Shown here one piece after another: positions 1 through 10,823 of a stretch of 64,000 nucleotides of DNA (the first letter of the stretch is position 1; each line of letters opens with the position of its first letter). A program made the translations under genes and the position numbers. The stretch lies in the NCBI GenBank assembly GCA_001801995.1, contig MGZB01000011.1:3817-67816 (forward strand). The letters are read 5' to 3'. The notes under the pieces were generated by a model. It had not been told where the DNA came from. It did no database searches and worked only from the letters and a program-made list of their open reading frames with translations. The DNA is from Gammaproteobacteria bacterium RIFOXYD12_FULL_61_37 (GTDB lineage: Bacteria; Pseudomonadota; Gammaproteobacteria; Chromatiales; Chromatiaceae).

Positions 1-33
1 CAGCGCTTCCGGCGCGAACAGGACGGTCTTCAT
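1..33 (-). CDS. 5' end of a putative ParE/RelE-type toxin gene (runs off the window)
   Basis: The ATG at 33-31 (minus) overlaps the upstream antitoxin stop in an ATGA junction. Only 11 codons (MKTVLFAPEAL) are visible. The call rests on its position downstream of an RHH antitoxin. Confidence 0.35.
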   Translation of the reverse strand, partial: MKTVLFAPEAL

Positions 34-314
34 GCCTTGGGATCGAGTGCGGCCAACCGTGTCCGGCCGCGCCTTTTGATGCCGTCGAACAGGCCGACGC
101 TCATCCTGACCCCCTTCCCGGCATCGAGGGAGGCGATCCCGGCCCCGATCTCCCGCGACAGATTCTCCATGCGGACCATCTCCCACCGCACATACTCAGT
201 CAGCGCCCGCTCGGCGTGATAGCTCATGGAGCGGTCGGTCAGCCTGGCGAGGTCGCTCAGGGTCTGCTTGATCGGTCTTTCGATGCGAACCGTCAGCGAT
301 TCGGTTTCAGCCAT
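30..314 (-). CDS. Ribbon-helix-helix (CopG/ParD-like) antitoxin
   Basis: 94 aa. The N-terminal segment SLTVRIERPIKQTLSDLARLTDRSMSYHAERAL looks like an RHH strand plus two helices. The C-terminal tail is ParD-like. The stop overlaps the start of the next small gene. Confidence 0.6.
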   Translation of the reverse strand: MAETESLTVRIERPIKQTLSDLARLTDRSMSYHAERALTEYVRWEMVRMENLSREIGAGIASLDAGKGVRMSVGLFDGIKRRGRTRLAALDPKA

Positions 315-384
315 GGGTCATCACCTCGATACGGATGCTTGCAACCTGGGCAAAGCGGGAGCGGGCAAAAAACCAGGCGGCAAA

Positions 385-1689
385 TCATTCGGGAGTCAGC
401 CGGTATTCCGCGGAACGGGCATGGGCGGTGAGTCCCTCGCCCCTCGCCAGGATGGAGGCGGTGCGGCCCAGGGTCCGGCTGCCTTCGACCGAGGCCAGGA
501 TCAGGCTGGTGCGCTTCTGGAAGTCGTAGACCCCCAGGGGCGAGCTGAACCGCGCGGTGCGCGAGGTGGGCAGCACGTGGTTGGGACCGGCGCAGTAGTC
601 GCCCAGGGGCTCGGAGGTGTGGCGACCCATGAAGATGGCGCCGGCGTGGCGGATCTTCTTGGCGTATTCCTGGGGCTCGTCCAGGGAGAGTTCCAGGTGT
701 TCGGGGGCGATGAAATTGGCCAGCTCGGCTGCCTCGTCCAAGTCGCGGCAAAGTACCAATGCGCCTCGCGCCCCCAGGGCGGTGGCGATGATCTCGCGGC
801 GTTCCATCGTCGGCAGCAGCCGGTCGATGGCGGCCTCGACCTGTTCCAGAAAACCGGCGTCGGGGCAGAGCAGGATGGACTGGGCATCCTCGTCGTGTTC
901 CGCCTGGGAGAAAAGGTCCATGGCGATCCAATCGGGATTGGTCCGGCCGTCACAGATCACCAGGATCTCGGAGGGGCCGGCCAGCATGTCGATGCCCACT
1001 TGGCCGAAGACCCTGCGCTTGGCGGTGGCCACGTAGATATTGCCGGGGCCGACGATCTTGTCCACCGCCGGGATCGACCCGGTGCCGTAGGCCAGGGCCG
1101 CCACCGCCTGGGCGCCGCCCACGGCGAAGACCCGATCGACGCCGGAGACATGGGCGGCGGCCAGGACCAGCTCGTTCAGTTCGCCGCCGGGGGTGGGCAC
1201 CACCATGATCAGCTCGCCGACCCCGGCTACCTTGGCGGGGACGGCGTTCATGATCACGGAGGAGGGGTAGGCCGCCTTGCCGCCGGGGACGTAGAGCCCG
1301 ACCCGGTCGAGGGGAGTGACCTGCTGGCCCAACAGGGTTCCATCCGCCTCGGTATAACTCCAGCTTTCCAGTTTTTGATGTTCGGCATAGGCGCGGACCC
1401 GCTCGCTGGCGTGGCGCAGGGCGTCGCGCTGGCTGTCCGGAATGGCATTCCAGGCCTGTTCCAATCGCACAAGGGGAATCGAAAGGGCTGCGGCATCGGC
1501 GGGTTGCCAGCGATCGAAGCGGGCGGTGAACTCGATCAGGGCGTCGTCGCCGCGGGTGCGGATGTCGTGGATGATGGCGTTGACGGTCTCATTGACCGCC
1601 TTATCGGAGACCGACTCCCAGGACAGCAGGGCTTGGAGTTGACCCCGGAAATCGGTACCGGCGCTGTTCAGTTTGCGTATTTCCGCCAT
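385..1689 (-). CDS. hisD: Histidinol dehydrogenase
   Basis: 434 aa, full-length resemblance to HisD. Includes the QAEHDEDAQ and [23 protein letters not shown] motifs. Confidence 0.95.
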   Translation of the reverse strand: MAEIRKLNSAGTDFRGQLQALLSWESVSDKAVNETVNAIIHDIRTRGDDALIEFTARFDRWQPADAAALSIPLVRLEQAWNAIPDSQRDALRHASERVRAYAEHQKLESWSYTEADGTLLGQQVTPLDRVGLYVPGGKAAYPSSVIMNAVPAKVAGVGELIMVVPTPGGELNELVLAAAHVSGVDRVFAVGGAQAVAALAYGTGSIPAVDKIVGPGNIYVATAKRRVFGQVGIDMLAGPSEILVICDGRTNPDWIAMDLFSQAEHDEDAQSILLCPDAGFLEQVEAAIDRLLPTMERREIIATALGARGALVLCRDLDEAAELANFIAPEHLELSLDEPQEYAKKIRHAGAIFMGRHTSEPLGDYCAGPNHVLPTSRTARFSSPLGVYDFQKRTSLILASVEGSRTLGRTASILARGEGLTAHARSAEYRLTPE

Positions 1690-1704
1690 GATCGGACCTC
1701 TGTG

Positions 1705-1860
1705 TCTTAATCACAATTAACCGCAAAGGGCGCAAAGTAACGCGAAGGCGTTCACTGGCCTATCACAATTTCGCCGCTGACCGGGGGATGATGAAAATAC
1801 ACACACAAAATTCCCCTTAGCGCTCTTTGCGTCCTTGGCGGTTAAACGAGGGAATTAAGA
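1705..1860. mobile_element. MITE-like element with ~33-bp imperfect terminal inverted repeats in the hisG-hisD spacer
   Basis: The left arm tcttaatcacaattaaccgcaaagggcgcaaag (1705-1737) pairs with the right arm ctttgcgtccttggcggttaaacgagggaattaaga (1825-1860). The right end overlaps the last two codons and stop of hisG. Confidence 0.5.
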
Positions 1861-2499
1861 TTCGCCCCCCACGGCCTCCCGCAGGGCCTCGATCAGGGGC
1901 ATGATGGTGCTGTACTTCATCTTCCAGGAGGCCTTGTTGACCACCAGCCGGGAGCTGATGTCGTACATGTGCTCCAGGGGCACCAGCCCGTTGGCCTTGA
2001 GAGTGTTGCCGCTCTCCACCAGATCGACGATCAGGTCGGAGAGGCCGACCAGGGGGGCCAGTTCCATGGAGCCGTAGAGCTTGATTACATCCACCTGCTG
2101 TCCCCGTCCGGCGAAAAACAACCGGGCGGTATTGACATATTTGGTGGCAATGCGGAGCCGGGGGCGGGCCAGGTCGGCACCGGGGAGCCCCGCCACCATC
2201 ATGCGGCATTTGGCGATCTGAAGGTCCAGGGGTTCGTACAGCCCTTCGCAACCATGTTCCATCAGGACGTCCTTGCCGGACACGCCCAGATCGGCAGCGC
2301 CCCATTGGACGTAGGTGGGGACGTCGGTGGCGCGGATCAGCACCAGCTTCACCAGGGGGTGGTTGGTGCCGAGGATCAACTTGCGGCTGGTTTCCGGATC
2401 ATCGGCCGGTTCGATGGCCGCCTGGGCCAGCAAGGGCAGGCTGTCCTTGAAGATCCTGCCCTTGGAAAGGGCGATGGTGACCGGTGCGTCGAATCTCAT
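1855..2499 (-). CDS. hisG: ATP phosphoribosyltransferase, short form
   Basis: 214 aa. N-terminus ...IALSKGRI and the segment [18 protein letters not shown] are typical of HisG. The length matches the short, HisZ-dependent form. Confidence 0.92.
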   Translation of the reverse strand: MRFDAPVTIALSKGRIFKDSLPLLAQAAIEPADDPETSRKLILGTNHPLVKLVLIRATDVPTYVQWGAADLGVSGKDVLMEHGCEGLYEPLDLQIAKCRMMVAGLPGADLARPRLRIATKYVNTARLFFAGRGQQVDVIKLYGSMELAPLVGLSDLIVDLVESGNTLKANGLVPLEHMYDISSRLVVNKASWKMKYSTIMPLIEALREAVGGES

Positions 2500-2514
2500 G
2501 GCGAAGGACTCTGC

Positions 2515-3795
<1,281 letters not shown>

Positions 3796-3882
3796 TTATT
3801 GGGTAGGAATCCGGGAGCGGGCAATCATATACCAATCGGCCGCCGGAAGGGATTTCTTGAAGTCAGGTTGAAACGCGAAGCT

Positions 3883-3928
3883 GTAGGTCGGCCTTCAGGC
3901 CGACATGTCGGGCTAAAGCCCGACCTAC
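3883..3928. repeat. REP doublet (two inverted REP units, family A)
   Basis: The sequence gtaggtcggccttcaggccgac atg tcgggctaaagcccgacctac forms an inverted pair. Related units occur at 53609-53661 and 62429-62450. Confidence 0.75.
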
Positions 3929-3968
3929 GTATCCTTGTGATCCATGTTGATTGCCTATTTAGGGAGGG

Positions 3969-4322
3969 CTATTCGAGGGGCAACAGGCGGTATACGTTGC
4001 TGACCCTGGCGATATTGAGCAAGGACTCGGGGACATTTCGGAACCGGATCGCGCCACCGTTGGCGCGGGATATGTCCATCCATTCCAGCAGCAGGGCAAG
4101 CCCGGCGCTATCCGCATGGTCCACCTTGGCCATGTCGATGTTGAGATCGCAGCAGAACTTCAGCAGGTTACGGGCCTGGGAAAGCAGCACGGGCACCGAG
4201 GAGAAATTCACGTCACCGATCACTTGCCAGCCGCGCCCGGCCGCCTCCAGCCGCGCCAGCGGCTCGGCGCCGCTCCGGGTGGTCCGTTTCGTATTCACCG
4301 TTACCTCGTGTTGCTCAGCCAC
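3969..4322 (-). CDS. mlaB: STAS-domain protein, MlaB-like
   Basis: 117 aa. It is the last gene of the mlaFEDC cluster. The STAS-like segment is DMAKVDHADSAGLALLLEW. Confidence 0.75.
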   Translation of the reverse strand: MAEQHEVTVNTKRTTRSGAEPLARLEAAGRGWQVIGDVNFSSVPVLLSQARNLLKFCCDLNIDMAKVDHADSAGLALLLEWMDISRANGGAIRFRNVPESLLNIARVSNVYRLLPLE

Positions 4323-4330
4323 GGCTAGGA

Positions 4331-4969
4331 TCAGCTGCCCTTGGCGGTATTGCGCTGGGCCAGCCTTTTTACCAGGCCGCCGACGCCGATCTGACGAACC
4401 TCACCGCCGAAGCTGGTGCGGTAGTTGGATATCAGGCTGACGCCGTCGATCTTGAGATCGAAGACCTTCCACTGGCCATCCTTGGTGAGGTAGAGGCGAT
4501 AATCGATCGGAATTGCCGGACCGCCGCTGTTCCGCACCGCCGTCTTGACGACGGCGGTATTCTCGCCCTCCGTCATGCGGAAGGGTTTGTATTCGATCTC
4601 CTGACCGGAGTAATTCAGCAGGGCCGTGGCATAGGTGCGGACCAAGAGCTGCCGGAACTCCTTGACGAAGGAGCCCTGCTCGCCGGGGGTGGCCGAGCGC
4701 CAGTACTTGCCCAGCACCCGCTGGGACATCATTTCGAAGTCGAAGTGGGGCAGGACATCGGAGTTGACCAGGTTGTAAAGGCGCGAGGTGTCGGCCTTCA
4801 TGCCCTCCTTGTTGGCCAGCACCTTTTCCAGCACCTTGTCGGCCGTCTGCTTCACCAGTTGGTCCGGCGCGGTGCCCGCGAAGGCTTGGCCGGACAGCGC
4901 AAAAATGAAAAACAGCCCCGCCAGCTTGCCGAGACGAGATATCAAACTAACCTGCTTTGGATTCATCAC
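4331..4969 (-). CDS. mlaC: Phospholipid-binding periplasmic protein MlaC (Ttg2D family)
   Basis: 212 aa with a signal peptide (...ALSGQAFA). Position and resemblance fit the toluene-tolerance Ttg2D family. Confidence 0.88.
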   Translation of the reverse strand: MMNPKQVSLISRLGKLAGLFFIFALSGQAFAGTAPDQLVKQTADKVLEKVLANKEGMKADTSRLYNLVNSDVLPHFDFEMMSQRVLGKYWRSATPGEQGSFVKEFRQLLVRTYATALLNYSGQEIEYKPFRMTEGENTAVVKTAVRNSGGPAIPIDYRLYLTKDGQWKVFDLKIDGVSLISNYRTSFGGEVRQIGVGGLVKRLAQRNTAKGS

Positions 4970-5454
4970 TTAGCCCCTTCCGCGTTTTTTGCACCTTCAC
5001 TGGCCTTGCTGAACAGCACCTGGCCGATGATCTCTTCCAATACCAAGGCCGACTGGGTCATGCCGATCGCTCCGCCGTCCGCCATGTAAGTATCGCTACC
5101 GCCCGCCTCAAGGCCGATGTACTGCTCCCCGAGGAGTCCGGCAGTATATATTTTCGCAAAGGTATCGTCGGGGATTTTGCTGAACTTCTTGTCGATGGTC
5201 ATTCTGACCACCGCCTCGTAGCTCCCATCATCGAAACTGATCTCGCTCACCCGGCCGATCCTGACCCCCGACATGCTGACCGCAGCCTTGACCTTGAGGC
5301 TGCCGATATTGTCGAAACGGGCGGAGATGACATATCCCTCGCCATTGGACGTGGTACTCAGGTTACTGACCTGTAAGGCCAGAAAAAAGAGTGCCAGGAT
5401 GCCCATCGCCATGAAGGCCCCGACCATGATTTCTATTGTTTTCATGCGAAACAT
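4966..5454 (-). CDS. mlaD: MCE-domain protein MlaD
   Basis: 162 aa. One N-terminal transmembrane helix is followed by an MCE domain (GSLKVKAAVSMSGVRIGRV). The start overlaps the mlaC region. Confidence 0.9.
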   Translation of the reverse strand: MFRMKTIEIMVGAFMAMGILALFFLALQVSNLSTTSNGEGYVISARFDNIGSLKVKAAVSMSGVRIGRVSEISFDDGSYEAVVRMTIDKKFSKIPDDTFAKIYTAGLLGEQYIGLEAGGSDTYMADGGAIGMTQSALVLEEIIGQVLFSKASEGAKNAEGAK

Positions 5455-5458
5455 GATG

Positions 5459-6238
5459 TCATTTCCCGAACATTAGCGCCGTCAGAATAAAGTCGAGCCC
5501 CAGAACTGCCAAGGCCGAATGAACCACGGTACGGGTCGTCGCACGACTGACCCCCTCCGAGGTCGGCATGCAATCATACCCTTGGAACAGGGCGATCCAG
5601 GTGCAGACGAATCCGAACACCAGGCTCTTGATCACACCGTTGTAAACATCTTCATGCAGATCGATGTTGGCCTGCATCTGAGACCAATAGGCCCCGCTGT
5701 CAACTCCCAGCAGGCCCACTCCTACAAAGTAGCCACCCACCACGCCGATAGCGCTGAACATGGATGCCAGCAGGGGCATGGCGATGAAACCGGCGAGGAA
5801 GCGGGGGGTGAGCACCCGCTTGACGGGGTCGACCGCCATCATTTCGAGGCCGGAAAGCTGCTCGGTCGCCTTCATGAGTCCGATCTCGGCCGTCAGCGCG
5901 GAACCGGCCCGGCCCGCGAAAAGGAGCGCCGTTACCACCGGACCCAATTCACGTACCAGGGAGGCGGCCACCATCACCCCCAGGGTCTGGGTGGCGCCGA
6001 ACTTGGAGAGGACATAGTGGCCCTGCAACCCCAACACCATGCCGACGAAGAGGCCGGAGACCGTGATGATCAGGATCGAAAGCACCCCCACGGAGTAGAG
6101 CTGATGCACCAGCAGCAGCGGGCGCGGAAACAGATCGCGCAGGCCCCGCAGCAGGCCGAGCATCAGGAGATGCGCCCGCCCCAGGCCGGCGACGGCGCGT
6201 AGTACGATACGCCCGAGTTCGGCTAGTTGATCTAGCAT
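5459..6238 (-). CDS. mlaE: ABC transporter permease MlaE
   Basis: 259 aa multi-transmembrane protein. Typical MlaE segments include [24 protein letters not shown]. Confidence 0.92.
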   Translation of the reverse strand: MLDQLAELGRIVLRAVAGLGRAHLLMLGLLRGLRDLFPRPLLLVHQLYSVGVLSILIITVSGLFVGMVLGLQGHYVLSKFGATQTLGVMVAASLVRELGPVVTALLFAGRAGSALTAEIGLMKATEQLSGLEMMAVDPVKRVLTPRFLAGFIAMPLLASMFSAIGVVGGYFVGVGLLGVDSGAYWSQMQANIDLHEDVYNGVIKSLVFGFVCTWIALFQGYDCMPTSEGVSRATTRTVVHSALAVLGLDFILTALMFGK

Positions 6239-7044
6239 GGATGTCCACCCATCAATTCATCGGCCAGCTCGGCACCGGGGTAATGGAAGGGCACGGGACC
6301 GTCCGGTCTCCCCCCCATGAACTGTTGCACCCAGGCCGTCTTAGAGCCGGTGATCTCTTCCGGGGAGCCGGATTCGACCACACGCCCCTCGGAGATAACA
6401 TAGATGAGATCGCAGATGGAGGCGGTTTCATGGACATCGTGGGAGACCAGCAAGGAGGTCAGCCGGCTGGAATCGTTCAGCTCGCGGATCAGCTTGACCA
6501 GCACCCCCATGGAGATGGGGTCCTGCCCTGTGAAGGGCTCGTCGTACATGATCATCATGGGGTCGAGGGCGATCGCCCTGGCCAGCGCGACGCGCCGGGC
6601 CATCCCTCCCGAGAGTTCGCTGGGCATCAGCCCCGCTGCCCCGCGCAAACCCACGGACTCAAGCTTGATCAAGACAAGCTTGCGGATCATCGACTTCGGC
6701 AGATTGGTGTGTTCGCGCAGGGGATAGGCCACGTTGTCGAACACGCTGAGGTCCGTCAGCAGGGCCCCGCTCTGGAACAACATCCCCATGCGTTTGCGCA
6801 GGGCATAGAGATCCCGGTTGCCCAGGCGGTGTACGTTTCGGCCATCGACCTCGATGGTCCCGGCGTCGGGCACGAGCTGACCGCCGATCAGTTTCAGCAG
6901 GGTCGTCTTGCCGGTCCCGCTCGGTCCCATGATGGCGGTTACCTTGCCACGGGGGATGTCGATATCGACGCCATCGAAGATGACGCGATCGCTTCGGGAA
7001 AAACGCAGACCCCGAATCTTGACCAGGGGTTCTTCTGTGGACAC
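6232..7044 (-). CDS. mlaF: ABC transporter ATPase MlaF
   Basis: 270 aa. Walker [10 protein letters not shown], signature [14 protein letters not shown], Walker B IMYDEP. Confidence 0.93.
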   Translation of the reverse strand: MSTEEPLVKIRGLRFSRSDRVIFDGVDIDIPRGKVTAIMGPSGTGKTTLLKLIGGQLVPDAGTIEVDGRNVHRLGNRDLYALRKRMGMLFQSGALLTDLSVFDNVAYPLREHTNLPKSMIRKLVLIKLESVGLRGAAGLMPSELSGGMARRVALARAIALDPMMIMYDEPFTGQDPISMGVLVKLIRELNDSSRLTSLLVSHDVHETASICDLIYVISEGRVVESGSPEEITGSKTAWVQQFMGGRPDGPVPFHYPGAELADELMGGHPC

Positions 7045-7272
7045 GCTGGGCTATCCCCTCACGGATAATGAATTCCGGTTTCCAAAGCAATGCTTAATAG
7101 GTGCGAGATCCCGGCCGAATCGGCAGAATCCAAGAAGATTCGGGGATATCGGGATTTTCAACGGCAGCCTGAAGGATTGGGGATTTTGGCCAGCAGACAG
7201 GGTAGAGTCAAGCGACCCCATCAAATTCAGTAATTTCCTACAACGTAATTCCTTGCCGCCGTTGTCCATTGT

Positions 7273-8316
7273 TTGGAAGAATGCACCCTCCCTGAGCCAT
7301 CATGGGGCCGGTCTTATGTGGAGAAAAGCTTGAAATACAGAGAATCGTTCAAACAGAATTTCCAAGCCTTGGGCCTGGCCGTCATCGAGAACGAGGCCGC
7401 CAGCGTCGCGGCCCTGGCCGGACGCATCGACCAAGGCTTCGACCGGGCCTGCCACTTCATGCTCCACTGCGAGGGGCGCGTCGTCGTCACGGGGATGGGA
7501 AAGTCGGGGCATATCGGCTGCAAGATCGCGGCTACCCTGGCCAGCACCGGCACCCCGGCCTTCTTTGTCCACCCAGGGGAGGCCAGTCATGGTGATCTGG
7601 GCATGATCACCGAGAAGGATGTGGTTCTGGCCCTCTCCAATTCCGGCGAGACCGATGAAATCCTGACCATATTGCCCCTCATCAAGCGATTGGATGTGCC
7701 CCTCATCGCCCTGACCGGCAATCCCGATTCCAATCTGGCCAAGGAGGCCGATGTCCACATCAACGTCTCCGTCGAGAAGGAGGCCTGCCCCCTGGGCCTG
7801 GCCCCGACTTCGAGCACCACGGCGACCCTGGCCATGGGCGATGCCTTGGCCATCGCCTTGCTGGAGGCGCGCGGGTTCACCGAGCAGGACTTCGCCCGCT
7901 CCCATCCCGGCGGCAGCTTGGGGCGCCGCCTGTTGCTGCATATCGGTGATATCATGCGCACCGGCAAGGAAATCCCCAAAGTTCTGCGCAGCGACAGCAT
8001 GAACGCGGCGCTGCTGGAGATGACGCACAAGGGTCTGGGAATGACCGCCGTCGTCGATGATACCGACCGGATCGTCGGCATTTTCACCGACGGCGACCTG
8101 CGCCGGGTGCTCGATCAAGGCATCGATATCCACCGCTGTATGATTGAGGAAGTGATGACCCCGGAATGTGTCACCGTCACCAGCGACCAACTGGCCGCCG
8201 AGGCGGTGCAGATCATGGAAAGCCGGAAGATCAACTCTTTCCTGGTCGCCGATGGGGAACAACGTCTCATTGGGGCGCTCAACATGCACGACCTGCTTCG
8301 GGCGGGCGTGATTTGA
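7273..8316 (+). CDS. kdsD: Arabinose-5-phosphate isomerase (SIS domain plus two CBS domains)
   Basis: SIS motif GMGKSGHIG and a C-terminal CBS pair. An in-frame GTG at 7318 would give a more typical ~332 aa product. Confidence 0.9.
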   Translation: MEECTLPEPSWGRSYVEKSLKYRESFKQNFQALGLAVIENEAASVAALAGRIDQGFDRACHFMLHCEGRVVVTGMGKSGHIGCKIAATLASTGTPAFFVHPGEASHGDLGMITEKDVVLALSNSGETDEILTILPLIKRLDVPLIALTGNPDSNLAKEADVHINVSVEKEACPLGLAPTSSTTATLAMGDALAIALLEARGFTEQDFARSHPGGSLGRRLLLHIGDIMRTGKEIPKVLRSDSMNAALLEMTHKGLGMTAVVDDTDRIVGIFTDGDLRRVLDQGIDIHRCMIEEVMTPECVTVTSDQLAAEAVQIMESRKINSFLVADGEQRLIGALNMHDLLRAGVI

Positions 8317-8360
8317 ATAGTTTGTCTCAGGCCTCCAGCCTCAAAAGTTAGGATTCCAGC

Positions 8361-8885
8361 ATGCAAGACATACTGACCAAGGCAGCCAAGATCCGGCTGG
8401 TCATCTTCGACGTGGACGGGGTGCTGACCGACGGCAGCCTCTTTTACGGGGACGACGGCCAGGAGTACAAGGCCTTCAACTCAAAGGACGGCCACGGCAT
8501 GGTGATGTTGCGGGATTGCGGGATAAGGATCGGCATCATCACCGGGAGGTCTTCCGAGGTTGTTCGTATCCGCATGGCGAGCCTGGGCGTAGAGCAGGTC
8601 TATCAGGGCCAGAAGGATAAACTCCCCGCCTACGAGCAGATGAAGTCGGACCTTGGATTGACTGACGAACAGGTGGCCTATGTGGGCGACGATGTGGTCG
8701 ATCTGCCTGTGATGAGCCGGGTGGGACTGTCCATCGCCGTGGCGGATGCCCATGAGCTTGTCTGCGAGAAGGCCGATTGGCGCACCCTCGCCGGCGGCGG
8801 GAAAGGGGCCGCACGGGAGGTGTGCGAATTGCTGATGCGCGCCCAGGGGCTCTACGACGGCCAGATGCGCCATTACCTTTCATAA
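8361..8885 (+). CDS. kdsC: KDO 8-phosphate phosphatase
   Basis: 174 aa. HAD motif FDVDGVLTDG and C-terminal GDDVVDLPVM. Confidence 0.92.
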   Translation: MQDILTKAAKIRLVIFDVDGVLTDGSLFYGDDGQEYKAFNSKDGHGMVMLRDCGIRIGIITGRSSEVVRIRMASLGVEQVYQGQKDKLPAYEQMKSDLGLTDEQVAYVGDDVVDLPVMSRVGLSIAVADAHELVCEKADWRTLAGGGKGAAREVCELLMRAQGLYDGQMRHYLS

Positions 8886-8897
8886 GGGCTGGACAGG

Positions 8898-9470
8898 ATG
8901 GATAGGGGAAATCTGTTCTTGACGCTGATCTTTCTTGCCATTGCGGTTTTTACCTGGTGGCTCAACAGCGGCGAGACGGATGGAGACACATCGCGGGTGA
9001 CGAAGGAGGGGCATTTTCCGGACTTCTACCTGGAAAACGTCAATGGTACGGAGATGGACGAACGTGGCTTTCCAGCCCGCAACCTCTCTGCCCAGAAGAT
9101 GGTCCACTACGCGGACGACAAGAGCACCGAACTCCTCCGCCCCCGCATGATGGTCTTCGAGCGGGAGGATCAACCGCCCTGGGTCATCCGCTCCGCGAGC
9201 GGATTGATGTCCGGGAACGGCGTCGATCTGCTGTTGCAGGGGGAGGTCAAGATCGATCGGGAGTCGGGCGAGGGCGTAAGGCCGGCCCATATGACCACGC
9301 GCGATCTCCATATCAACACGGAAACCGAATTTGCGCGGACCGATCAGCCGGTTTTCGCCATCAGCTTGAACGACAAAATAGAGTCCGTTGGCATGCAGGC
9401 CTGGCTCAAGGCCCCCGTGCGCATCAAACTACAATCCAAAGTGAGGGGGCGTTATGAAGTTCAGGAATAG
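8898..9470 (+). CDS. lptC: LPS export protein LptC
   Basis: 190 aa with one N-terminal transmembrane helix. It sits between kdsC and lptA and overlaps the lptA start. Confidence 0.82.
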   Translation: MDRGNLFLTLIFLAIAVFTWWLNSGETDGDTSRVTKEGHFPDFYLENVNGTEMDERGFPARNLSAQKMVHYADDKSTELLRPRMMVFEREDQPPWVIRSASGLMSGNGVDLLLQGEVKIDRESGEGVRPAHMTTRDLHINTETEFARTDQPVFAISLNDKIESVGMQAWLKAPVRIKLQSKVRGRYEVQE

Positions 9471-9987
9471 GGGAAATCAGCAGGGGCGGCATCTCCCGGT
9501 TCTCGTCTCGCTGGGGCTCCTCTTTGCCTCCAGCGCCGCCTGGGCGTTGAAGACGGACGCGGAGCAACCCATTACCGTCGAGGCCGACAGTGCCGACATC
9601 GACGACGGCAACAAACGCAGCACCTACCGGGGCAACGTCATCATCACCCAGGGCAGCATCCGCCTGGAGGCCAATGTGGTCACCGTGCAGAAAAGTCCTT
9701 CCCAAAAAAACAACAATATGACGGCCGAGGGTCAGCCGGCGCGGTTCCAGCAGGAGGTCGAGGGTAAAAAGGGTGAGTTCGTCCAGGGGCGGGCCAAGCG
9801 GATCGATTATGACTCCGACAGCGAAAACATCTTTCTCGTTGGCGATGCGTTCCTGACCCAGGAAGGCAGCAGCTTCAGCAGCGACCGCATTACCTACGAC
9901 AAGGCGAGATCCCTGGTCAAGGGCGGCGCCGCAGCCTCGGGCAAGCAACGGGTGCGCCTGACCATCAAGAACACCAAAGCCGAGTAA
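9454..9987 (+). CDS. lptA: LPS transport periplasmic protein LptA (OstA-like)
   Basis: 177 aa with a signal peptide. OstA-like segment PITVEADSADIDDGNKRSTYRGNVIITQGSIRLEA. Confidence 0.9.
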   Translation: MKFRNRGNQQGRHLPVLVSLGLLFASSAAWALKTDAEQPITVEADSADIDDGNKRSTYRGNVIITQGSIRLEANVVTVQKSPSQKNNNMTAEGQPARFQQEVEGKKGEFVQGRAKRIDYDSDSENIFLVGDAFLTQEGSSFSSDRITYDKARSLVKGGAAASGKQRVRLTIKNTKAE

Positions 9988-10713
9988 ATGGCCAAGCTCA
10001 CCGCCCGGCACCTGATCAAACGGTTCAAGGGCCGTACTGTCGTCAATGGTTTCAGCTTTTCCCTCTCCAGCGGTGAGGTGGTCGGGCTCCTGGGTCCCAA
10101 CGGGGCCGGCAAGACCACCAGCTTCTACATGATCGTGGGACTGGTCGCGGCCGATGACGGCCATGTCCTCCTGGACGATCACGACATCACCGAGATGCCC
10201 ATGCACGCCCGGGCCCGCCTCGGTCTGAGCTATCTTGCCCAGGAGCCGTCCATCTTCCGCAAGTTGACGGCGAGGGAGAACATCCTCGCCATCCTGGAGA
10301 CCCGCTTCAACTTCTCGAAGGCCGAGCGCGAGACCCAATGCGAGCATCTCCTGTACGATCTGGGCATCGCTCACCTGCGGGACAATCTCGCCATGAGCCT
10401 CTCCGGCGGCGAGCGGAGACGGCTCGAAATCGCCCGCGCCCTGGCCGTGGAACCCCGTTTCATCCTGCTGGACGAACCCTTCGCCGGGGTTGATCCCATT
10501 TCGGTGGTGGAGATTCAGCGCATCATCAAGGGGTTGGCCGGGCGCCAAATCGGTGTCCTTATTACCGATCACAACGTCCGCGAGACCCTGGGCATCTGCG
10601 ACAGGGCTTACATCATCAACGCGGGCAGTGTCTTGGCGGAAGGGAGTCCCGAGCATATCCTGGAAAACGAAGAGGTTCGCTCCGTGTACCTGGGCGAGCA
10701 TTTCCGCATGTAA
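9988..10713 (+). CDS. lptB: LPS export ABC ATPase LptB
   Basis: 241 aa. Walker [10 protein letters not shown] and signature [15 protein letters not shown]. Confidence 0.96.
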   Translation: MAKLTARHLIKRFKGRTVVNGFSFSLSSGEVVGLLGPNGAGKTTSFYMIVGLVAADDGHVLLDDHDITEMPMHARARLGLSYLAQEPSIFRKLTARENILAILETRFNFSKAERETQCEHLLYDLGIAHLRDNLAMSLSGGERRRLEIARALAVEPRFILLDEPFAGVDPISVVEIQRIIKGLAGRQIGVLITDHNVRETLGICDRAYIINAGSVLAEGSPEHILENEEVRSVYLGEHFRM

Positions 10714-10823
10714 CCGCCATGATCATGACAAGCCGATTTCTCTTGTTCCATCCCCGTTCTTTTGGGCTACAATCAAATTGACGGCATACAAATAACATAC
10801 CAAGACAGACGCTTATTGCCCTT

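Noticed and set aside
226-1710. 494-aa plus-strand ORF covering the whole hisD region.
   Set aside because: It lies antisense to a clearly recognisable hisD. Its composition is low-complexity and rich in Gly, Ala, Asp and Gln, which is typical of shadow ORFs in GC-rich DNA.
7051-7269. 72-aa ORF in the mlaF-kdsD divergent spacer.
   Set aside because: It has no ribosome-binding site and no recognisable family, and it lies in a probable promoter region. It is most likely not coding.
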